IMG/VR virus record: IMGVR_UViG_3300025890_001884
Length of the DNA stretch: 64,000 bases
DNA from: an uncultured virus (IMG/VR IMGVR_UViG_3300025890_001884)
Taxonomy: Duplodnaviria; Heunggongvirae; Uroviricota; Caudoviricetes
Strand: one strand, 5' to 3'
Notes under the pieces: model-generated
Seen by the model: only the letters and a program-made list of their open reading frames with translations
The model's database searches: none
What the model was told of the DNA's origin: nothing
Part shown: positions 28,397-35,957 of the stretch, one piece after another
Position numbering within the stretch: position 1 is the stretch's first letter
Layout: every line of letters begins with the position of its first letter
Made by a program: the position numbers and the translations under genes

Positions 28397-30149
28397 TAAA
28401 GATAGTCTTTTAGATGATTTTGCTTTAGCAACTCTAAAAGATAGATATATGGTAGGTGATGAAACTTCACCCCAAGAAGCTTTTGCGCGTGCCGCAACAG
28501 CTTTTGCAGATGATGAGGCTCATGCACAAAGACTATATGATTATGTAAGTAAACTATGGTTTATGTTTGCTACGCCAGTATTATCAAACGGAGGCACTAA
28601 AAGAGGATTACCTATTAGTTGCTTTTTAAATTATGTAGATGACAGCAGAGAAGGGATAACAGACCACTTCACAGAAAATGCTTTCTTATCTTCTTTTGGA
28701 GGAGGTATTGGAGGTAGCTGGAGTGATGTTCGTGCGTCTGGCTCTAAGACTTCTAAAGGAAGTGAGAGTACAGGAGTAATACCTTTTATGAAGGTAGTAG
28801 ACGCAGAAATGTTAGCTTTCTCACAAGGAGTAACTAGACGGGGCAGTTACGCAAGTTATATACATATGAGTCACCCCGAGATTGAGGAATTTTTAGATGT
28901 ACGGAAGCCAACTGGTGGCGATACTAACCGTAAGTGTACTAATATCCATCACGCTGTGGTTGTTCCTGACGCTTTTATGGAGCTTATTCACTCCGCTTCA
29001 AAGTATCCTGATTTTGACGACAGCTGGGATCTTACAGATCCTCATTCCCTTGAAGTAAAGAAAACTGTATCTGCGAGAGCGTTATGGGTTAAAATACTTC
29101 AGAATAGAATGGAAACTGGAGAGCCTTACTTAATGTTTGAAGATGCGGTAAACAAAGATTTGCCCGAGTTTCAAAAGAAGAAAGGAATGAAAGTACATCA
29201 CAGTAATCTGTGTTCAGAAATAACACTCGCCACAAACGAAGAAAGAACGGCAGTTTGTTGTCTCTCTAGTGTTAATCTAGAGTATTATGATGAATGGAAA
29301 AAAGTACCTGCATTTATACCTGACTTAGTCAGAATGTTAGATAATGTACTTGAATACTTTATTCACAATGCTCCTGACCAATTAGAGAAAGCTAAGTTTA
29401 GTGCTCAGAGGGAGAGGAGTATTGGACTTGGTGCTATGGGTTTTCATGCGTATTTACAAAAAAATGGAATACCTTTTGACAACCCAATGGCAACAGGCGC
29501 TAATTCTGAAATGTTCCAACATATCAAAACACAAGCGGAAAACACAACTAGACAACTAGCTGTTGAAAGAGGGGCTTGCCCAGACGATGATACTTGTTCT
29601 GTAAGGAACGCTCATCTATTGGCAATCGCTCCTAACGCTTCATCTAGTATTATCTGTGGAAACACAAGTCCAAGTATTGAACCATATAGAGCAAATGCCT
29701 ATACTCAAAAGACAAAGTCTGGTAGTAACTTAGTTAAGAATAAATTTTTAGATAGGTTGCTAATGAGTAAAATAGGACATGCTGAAATATATGATAACAC
29801 TTGGAAAAGTATTGTTGCAAACAGAGGTAGTGTACAACATCTTGACGTACTTGACGAGTGGGAAAAAGATGTATTTAAAACAGCCGTAGAAATCAATCAA
29901 GCATGGATTGTAGAACACGCTAGTATCAGACAGGAATATATCTGTCAGTCACAAAGCGTAAACCTATTTTTCCCACCTGATGTAAATAAGGGCGATTTAC
30001 ATAATGTCCATATGTTAGCATGGGCGAAAAATTTAAAAACATTGTATTACTTGAGAAGTGAAGCTATCAGTAGAGCTGATAATGTATCTAATCAAGCTAA
30101 GCGAGAAATAATATTTGAACAGTCAGACTGTTTAAGTTGCGAGGGATAA
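28374..30149 (+). CDS. nrdA: Ribonucleotide reductase class I alpha subunit
   Basis: PISC, SNLCSEI, IAPNASSS, KTLYY, C-terminal CLSCEG. Confidence 0.95.
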   Translation: MSVKIDFSKDSLLDDFALATLKDRYMVGDETSPQEAFARAATAFADDEAHAQRLYDYVSKLWFMFATPVLSNGGTKRGLPISCFLNYVDDSREGITDHFTENAFLSSFGGGIGGSWSDVRASGSKTSKGSESTGVIPFMKVVDAEMLAFSQGVTRRGSYASYIHMSHPEIEEFLDVRKPTGGDTNRKCTNIHHAVVVPDAFMELIHSASKYPDFDDSWDLTDPHSLEVKKTVSARALWVKILQNRMETGEPYLMFEDAVNKDLPEFQKKKGMKVHHSNLCSEITLATNEERTAVCCLSSVNLEYYDEWKKVPAFIPDLVRMLDNVLEYFIHNAPDQLEKAKFSAQRERSIGLGAMGFHAYLQKNGIPFDNPMATGANSEMFQHIKTQAENTTRQLAVERGACPDDDTCSVRNAHLLAIAPNASSSIICGNTSPSIEPYRANAYTQKTKSGSNLVKNKFLDRLLMSKIGHAEIYDNTWKSIVANRGSVQHLDVLDEWEKDVFKTAVEINQAWIVEHASIRQEYICQSQSVNLFFPPDVNKGDLHNVHMLAWAKNLKTLYYLRSEAISRADNVSNQAKREIIFEQSDCLSCEG

Positions 30150-31109
30150 ATGAGTTTATTAAAAGAAAGAGAATACTATAAGCCTTTTCAATATCCTTGG
30201 GCATTTGAGAACTATAAGAAACAACAACAAATGCATTGGCTACCTGAAGAAGTACCATTACAAGATGATATAAAGGATTATAAAGAAAAACTAAGTGAAG
30301 GTGAAAGGACATTGCTAGACAATATCTTTAAGTTTTTCACACAAGCAGATGTAGACGTATGTGGAGGCTATGCCCACCATTACTTGCCTACATTTAAACA
30401 ACCAGAAGTAAGAATGATGTTAGTTAGTTATGCTGCTATGGAAGCAGTACACCAAGAAGCATATTCCCTTCTACTAGAAACTTTAGGTAAGTCGGAAGAT
30501 ATGTACCAAGAGTTTTTTGATATCAATGCTATGATGGAGAAACATGAATATCTACAAGATTTCGGTATGAACACTCCATATGATATGGCAAAGACAATGG
30601 CAGTATATAGTGCATTTACAGAAGGAGTACAGTTATTTAGTAGCTTTGCGATTCTTCTAAACTACCCACGACATAACTTGATGAAAGGAATGGGACAGAT
30701 TGTTACATGGAGTATTCGTGATGAATCATTACATGTAGAAGGTTTGTCAAAACTATTTAGAACTTTTATTTCAGAGAATCCTGAGTTATGGACTGATAAG
30801 TTAAAGTACGAAATATACTGTGCTGCAGAAAAGACAGTAGAGTTAGAAGATAACTTTATTGATATTTGTTTTGATAAAGCAGATATACCAGATTTGACAG
30901 CAAAAGAAGTCAAGGAATATATTAGATATATTGCTGACAGAAGGTTATTAGGTATCGGTATGAAGAAAATATTTCATAGTACAGATAATCCTTTACCTTG
31001 GATTGACATGCAAGTCAATGCAGTTGAGCATACCAACTTTTTTGAAAACCGTGCTACCGAGTATGCTAAGGCTAGTACACAAGGCAATTGGCAGGATGTA
31101 TTTAAATGA
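30150..31109 (+). CDS. nrdB: Ribonucleotide reductase class Ia beta subunit
   Basis: FFTQAD, EAVHQEAY (radical Tyr), RDESLH, NFFE. Confidence 0.95.
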   Translation: MSLLKEREYYKPFQYPWAFENYKKQQQMHWLPEEVPLQDDIKDYKEKLSEGERTLLDNIFKFFTQADVDVCGGYAHHYLPTFKQPEVRMMLVSYAAMEAVHQEAYSLLLETLGKSEDMYQEFFDINAMMEKHEYLQDFGMNTPYDMAKTMAVYSAFTEGVQLFSSFAILLNYPRHNLMKGMGQIVTWSIRDESLHVEGLSKLFRTFISENPELWTDKLKYEIYCAAEKTVELEDNFIDICFDKADIPDLTAKEVKEYIRYIADRRLLGIGMKKIFHSTDNPLPWIDMQVNAVEHTNFFENRATEYAKASTQGNWQDVFK

Positions 31110-31312
31110 GTTCAGAATTACCTACACAAACAATCACTATCGATGAAACCTCGTATGATGTATCAGCATTATCTAAAGAACAACAAAGTATTGTTAATGC
31201 AATAAACAAGTGCGATATCGATTTAGAAGATTATAAGCACAAGATGGCTATTACACAAACGGCTAGACAGGCGTATGTTAATGATCTTGGCGAACAATTA
31301 AAGGAAGACTAA
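31106..31312 (+). CDS. Small hypothetical protein
   Basis: ITIDETSYDVSALS followed by a coiled coil. Coupled ORF. Confidence 0.6.
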   Translation: MSSELPTQTITIDETSYDVSALSKEQQSIVNAINKCDIDLEDYKHKMAITQTARQAYVNDLGEQLKED

Positions 31313-31956
31313 TGAAGATATTCGTAGGATATGAAAGTGAATATCCCGAAATGTTTGAAGTGTGTAAGGCATCAATCTTACGATTTAATCCTACACATGA
31401 AGTTATACCTTTAATTACATCAGAGTTGGAGGAACAAGGAATCTACACTAGAGAAGAAAAAGGAAATACTGAATTTGCTTTTACTAGATTTCTTGTACCA
31501 CTTCTCTCTAATTATATGGGATATTCTTTATTCTGTGATGGCGACTTTCTATGGAGATGTGATCCGCAAGAAATAACTCATTTTAAAAAGAATAATGATT
31601 CTGTTATGTGTGTACAACACGCAGAATTAATGTTTGACCAGTACACAAAAATGCACGATAAACTAAACAAACCTTATAAGAAAAAATATTGGTCATCTTT
31701 AATGTATTTTAATAATGCAGAATGTAAAATGTTAAATAAGTGGTATGTAAACAATGCTGCTGCTAAACACTTACATGGGTTTACTTGGGCAAATGGAATA
31801 GGTTCTTTACCTGCTTCCTATAATGCTTTAGTAAATTATTATGACTTTGGTGAGAGAGCTAAAGGAGTACATTTTACAGATGGCGGACCATGGATGGGTA
31901 TAAACGACCATGAGCAATATTGTAAAGAATGGACAGACATATATAATTCATTATAA
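31312..31956 (+). CDS. GT-A glycosyltransferase (GT8-like)
   Basis: IFVGY, TEFAFTRFLVP, FCDGD (DxD), WSSLM, HFTDGGPW. Confidence 0.8.
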   Translation: MKIFVGYESEYPEMFEVCKASILRFNPTHEVIPLITSELEEQGIYTREEKGNTEFAFTRFLVPLLSNYMGYSLFCDGDFLWRCDPQEITHFKKNNDSVMCVQHAELMFDQYTKMHDKLNKPYKKKYWSSLMYFNNAECKMLNKWYVNNAAAKHLHGFTWANGIGSLPASYNALVNYYDFGERAKGVHFTDGGPWMGINDHEQYCKEWTDIYNSL

Positions 31957-32873
31957 TGAGAAACATACCTGTAGTAGCAGTAGACCAGTATGACTTTCTA
32001 GCACACAGACGAGAGCAGGAAAAGAAACATTGGGCAAAAAAGAATAACCTAACAGAGTTAGATTCGATTCTTACTGTTGAAATAAATACTACAGAGTTAT
32101 GTAATAGAACTTGTGTCTTTTGTCCGAGACACGACCCAAAAGTATTTCCAAATAGAAACTTGCATCTTACCATAAAAGGAGCCGAGACAATAGGTCTTGA
32201 ACTAGGTAAGGCAGGTTTTAGTGGAAAAATATCATTGAGTGGATTTGGAGAAAATTTACTCAACCCAAATTTCAGAGAGATAGTTCATATCTTTCGACAC
32301 ACAGTTCCATTAGCAACTTTAGAGTGTAACACTAATGGCGACAAACTTACCCAAACATATGCAGAAGAACTATTTGAATATAGTGGATTAGATTTAATTT
32401 ACATAAATCTTTATGATGGCGTAGAGCAAATGACTCATTTCGATAAAGTTATGAAAAATATACCTGAAGAAAAGTACAAGTATCGTATGCATTGGGGAGA
32501 TTTTGAGAACCATGGATTATTACTTAACAACCGTAGCGGGGTCATCGATTGGGTAGGTATAGAAGAATCTAATGTGGCTTCTTTAAAAGGTAAACCATGT
32601 CATTATCCTTTCTATAAAATGTTCGTAGACTGGAATGGAGATGTTCTATTTTGTTCAAACGACTGGGGAAGGGAACATGTTGTGGGAAATTTACTACAAG
32701 ATACATTACACAATGTATGGTTTGGTAAACCTATGACAAAAATTCGTAAAAAATTAATAAAAGGAGATAGGTCACACAGCCCTTGCAATAAGTGTAGTGT
32801 AGACGGTTCTCTGTTTGGAAAAGAATCTTTCAATCTAGTAAAGGAGTACTATGAAAATCGCAGTAACAGGTAG
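31956..32873 (+). CDS. Radical SAM protein with SPASM/twitch domain (copy 2)
   Basis: CNRTCVFC, NTNGD, PCHYPF...WNGDVLFC...PCNKC. Confidence 0.88.
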   Translation: MRNIPVVAVDQYDFLAHRREQEKKHWAKKNNLTELDSILTVEINTTELCNRTCVFCPRHDPKVFPNRNLHLTIKGAETIGLELGKAGFSGKISLSGFGENLLNPNFREIVHIFRHTVPLATLECNTNGDKLTQTYAEELFEYSGLDLIYINLYDGVEQMTHFDKVMKNIPEEKYKYRMHWGDFENHGLLLNNRSGVIDWVGIEESNVASLKGKPCHYPFYKMFVDWNGDVLFCSNDWGREHVVGNLLQDTLHNVWFGKPMTKIRKKLIKGDRSHSPCNKCSVDGSLFGKESFNLVKEYYENRSNR

Positions 32874-33354
32874 CAGTAAATTAGCAAATTGTATACAAGG
32901 TAATAAAATAAGAGTAGAGTTTGGGGCAGATTGGTCACAGTATGATGTATTTGTAAACAATGCTCATGTAGAGTGGGAACAGTGTAGACTTCTCGAAGAA
33001 GTATACGAGGTATGGAAAGATGATGAAACTAAAACAATAGTTAATATTTCGTCAAGAGCCCATCAACCTAATATATCTAAAGGATATAAGTACGCCGCAC
33101 AAAAAGCCGCTCTAAATCATATGGCAACTAACTTAAATTATAACAGTGATGCCAAGTGTAGAATTGCTACAATCAACTTTGGGTTATTAGAGTCTTCAAT
33201 ACATTCAAGTATCTCATATGAGAGAGCAGGTGAGTGGGTAGATTGGGTGATAAAAAACTCAGACATTACTGAAATAACAATTGAAAATCCTGCAAATTAT
33301 ATCCAAATTCAAAATGAAAAAGAAATCGCTAGAAGTTTAGGATTGAAGTCATGA
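32851..33354 (+). CDS. Minimal short-chain dehydrogenase/reductase-like protein
   Basis: IAVTGSS, FVNNA, IVNISS, YAAQK (YxxxK). Confidence 0.75.
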   Translation: MKIAVTGSSKLANCIQGNKIRVEFGADWSQYDVFVNNAHVEWEQCRLLEEVYEVWKDDETKTIVNISSRAHQPNISKGYKYAAQKAALNHMATNLNYNSDAKCRIATINFGLLESSIHSSISYERAGEWVDWVIKNSDITEITIENPANYIQIQNEKEIARSLGLKS

Positions 33355-33977
33355 TGGGACGAGTAATATTAGTAGGAAATTCAGTAGAATTACTTCAACA
33401 CGAGTATGGCTCATATATTGACAGTTTTGACACAATTGTTAGATTCGGAAAAGGCATACCTACAGATGAAAATTTTGAACAGATAGGTAAAAAAACTGAT
33501 GTATGGATTACAGGTTTCTTAAGGCAGAAGCATTATACTAGGTTTAAAAATGTTAAAATATTATTTAATCGCTGTAGAATACACATGAACATAGAGCCAA
33601 AGTCTCCTATGCTACTTCCAGAGTATGAAGTTATGTTCACAGATAAAGAAATACTAGAAATATTTGATTTAGTAGGAGCTACTAATGATAAGGCATTAGG
33701 TGACCGTCCTTCTGCAGGTTTTCTTGGTATATTGTATTTTTTAAATAAGTGTGAATATGAGAGTATAGAAATCATAGGATTTGATTTTTTCTCTAAAAAG
33801 TTGCCTTTCTCTACAGGAGCAGACTATCCCGCTAGTTGGCATTTGCCAGTTAATAGTAAGGAGAGGAGTCCTCACAATCCAAATGAAAAACAAATAGTAA
33901 AAGAGTTAGCCGATAGAGGCAAAATTAAATGGAAAGTTCTTTCAGATTTGAAAGATGAGTTTCTAGATTTTTCCTAG
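33351..33977 (+). CDS. GT29 sialyltransferase-like protein
   Basis: ILVGNS...YGSYIDSFDTIVRF...GKKTD (sialylmotif L-like), PSAG...GFDF (motif S-like), H...E. Confidence 0.65.
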   Translation: MMGRVILVGNSVELLQHEYGSYIDSFDTIVRFGKGIPTDENFEQIGKKTDVWITGFLRQKHYTRFKNVKILFNRCRIHMNIEPKSPMLLPEYEVMFTDKEILEIFDLVGATNDKALGDRPSAGFLGILYFLNKCEYESIEIIGFDFFSKKLPFSTGADYPASWHLPVNSKERSPHNPNEKQIVKELADRGKIKWKVLSDLKDEFLDFS

Positions 33978-34913
33978 TCTAAATCCTACTTTTACTAGTG
34001 ACCCAGCTACGCGTTTCTGCTTAGTTGATTTTAACATCAAAAGCTCATTATTTCGTGCATTTCGCATATTTATAGGTATACTAGGAATTAAGTTGGTATA
34101 CATATCCCAAGGAAGCGAGAGCTGTATAGTTGTAGGTAACATTGTATAAGTTTTAAGTAACCACTTATGCTGTATATTTAATTGAAAACATTTTCTTAGC
34201 ATTACATTATAATTAACACTATCAAGTGGTCCAAGAGCCTCTAGTTCTACTAAAATATCATTTTTACCATTCATGTATAGTGGCATAAATTTATGTTGAT
34301 AACCTAATAATCTTGTCATAAACCATTCTGTACTTGCTTGGTAAAGAAGTCTATCAATCTTAGGCATATTAGGAGATCTTGATTCTAAGCCATCTTTTTC
34401 TGTAGGACAGAATAATTCTTCTAGTGAAAAAGTTTTTAACATGTCATAGTTAAATATCATAAACTCTGGATCAATATTATGTAGTTTAGTTGGTGAAATA
34501 GGTATTTGTAAAATTCTGTAAAAGTCTTTGAATCTTGGATGTTTTCTAAAGACTCTTTTATGAGATAAGAAAGAAACAGACCCCGCAAAGAATTCTTCAT
34601 TAGGAAAATTATTAGACCATTTACCGTTTATTATATTGTTGCCACCTAGCCAAACTATTCTTTTATGTAGTCCACCTTTATCTTTCCAATGATCTAGTAA
34701 GTGACACATACATTTGGCTAAGTCTGACTTTCTCCAAAAAGATTCATATATTTTAACATTTGGAAAGTTATCTACTATCCATTCAATCGGAGCTTCATCC
34801 CAATCTTTATTATTTACATATAGATGTATTCTAACTTCTTCTTTATCGGGCAGGAGTGATGCTAAAGTAAACATACTCCATACTTTTTTATAGGGGTGTA
34901 CTATTTCAATCAT
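33963..34913 (-). CDS. GT8-like fold protein, DxD apparently lost
   Basis: TLASLL...IHLYV...RIVWLGGNNII...FMIFNYD layout resembles GT8, with GGN at the DxD position. Confidence 0.35.
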   Translation of the reverse strand: MIEIVHPYKKVWSMFTLASLLPDKEEVRIHLYVNNKDWDEAPIEWIVDNFPNVKIYESFWRKSDLAKCMCHLLDHWKDKGGLHKRIVWLGGNNIINGKWSNNFPNEEFFAGSVSFLSHKRVFRKHPRFKDFYRILQIPISPTKLHNIDPEFMIFNYDMLKTFSLEELFCPTEKDGLESRSPNMPKIDRLLYQASTEWFMTRLLGYQHKFMPLYMNGKNDILVELEALGPLDSVNYNVMLRKCFQLNIQHKWLLKTYTMLPTTIQLSLPWDMYTNLIPSIPINMRNARNNELLMLKSTKQKRVAGSLVKVGFRLGKI

Positions 34914-35814
34914 TTTTTATCTTTTTAAATTCCCAAAAGTTATCTACATATGCCTGTAGTCTTTCTTCCGCATCTTCATCAAATTCAAATATTACTCCAG
35001 AGTTTCTTGCTGAGAGTATTTTACAAAGTGCAAGGTACGATTGTCTGTTTGATACTGTATCATAAAAACTTTCGTAAGTTAATAAATTTTTCTCTCGTGC
35101 TTCTTTAGGAAAGCTAACAAGAGAAAGTCTTTTTCTGAGAAGGAGTGCAATTAATCCCATCTCACTATTTGGAGCAGTCGCTACTTCTTTACAATTAAGT
35201 AGTAGTTCATACCCACCTTCTTTTTTGTTTAGTACATTTTCTGCACCAAATCTTCTTTTTAAATCGGCAATATAAACATGAGCAGTAATTGGATGAGGTT
35301 TTATTACATATCCTTCATCTACTAATTTCTTTACTCGTCTATAATCAATTACAGTTCCTTTACATAATAAATTACTACCTGGTAAGAAAATTACTTTATC
35401 ATAAAATTCTGTATTCCATTGTAAATTATATTTATTCTGTAGTCCATTTACTATTTTTTCGATTCTTTCTTCATCAATCTTTATGTCTGAATTAGCAATC
35501 GCTTTAAATAATTTGGTGTTAATTTTTATAGAATTAACTCTACAGTATATTCCTTTACCTAAAAAATCTGTATATAACCATTTTCTAATACTATGTAGTT
35601 CATTAGTATTAAACCATAAATCATATTCCCAGGCAACTCCTTCACTAGTGTCAAGAACAAGTTTCTCTTTTAATTTAGCTAATCCATCTAAGTCATCTTT
35701 AGGTCTTGTACAAGAGCCTGACTTCATGAAGTGAGTTGGTATATCTCCCAATGACTCATTTATAGTCATTGCTACCAGTTTATTTTTCTTAACTGGCTTC
35801 TGCTTTGTTCTCAT
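34906..35814 (-). CDS. KpsS/KpsC-like (capsule synthesis) glycosyltransferase-like protein
   Basis: VIKPHP...LLLNCKEVATAPNSEMGLIALL resembles the KxHP...V.T.NS..G.EAL motifs. Confidence 0.55.
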   Translation of the reverse strand: MRTKQKPVKKNKLVAMTINESLGDIPTHFMKSGSCTRPKDDLDGLAKLKEKLVLDTSEGVAWEYDLWFNTNELHSIRKWLYTDFLGKGIYCRVNSIKINTKLFKAIANSDIKIDEERIEKIVNGLQNKYNLQWNTEFYDKVIFLPGSNLLCKGTVIDYRRVKKLVDEGYVIKPHPITAHVYIADLKRRFGAENVLNKKEGGYELLLNCKEVATAPNSEMGLIALLLRKRLSLVSFPKEAREKNLLTYESFYDTVSNRQSYLALCKILSARNSGVIFEFDEDAEERLQAYVDNFWEFKKIKND

Positions 35815-35956
35815 TTCTTAGCTTGAAAATTTCTTTTTCTAGGTTTTTTATTCTTTCTTCTGTTTCACCAATATGGTCAAAGACGGCTGCCATCATTGAC
35901 TCTAATTTTTTATTAAGATAGTTTGGTGTAATATCTTCTTGTTCTGCTTTCATCAT
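35789..35956 (-). CDS. Small coiled-coil protein
   Basis: Start MMKAEQ immediately after the upstream stop. Heptad pattern EERIKNLEKEIFKL. Confidence 0.6.
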   Translation of the reverse strand: MMKAEQEDITPNYLNKKLESMMAAVFDHIGETEERIKNLEKEIFKLRNENKAEAS

Positions 35957-35957
35957 A

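Noticed and set aside
10226..31109. Introns or inteins in polA, helicases or nrdAB
   Set aside because: All are continuous and of ordinary or short length, with no intein-like insertions visible.
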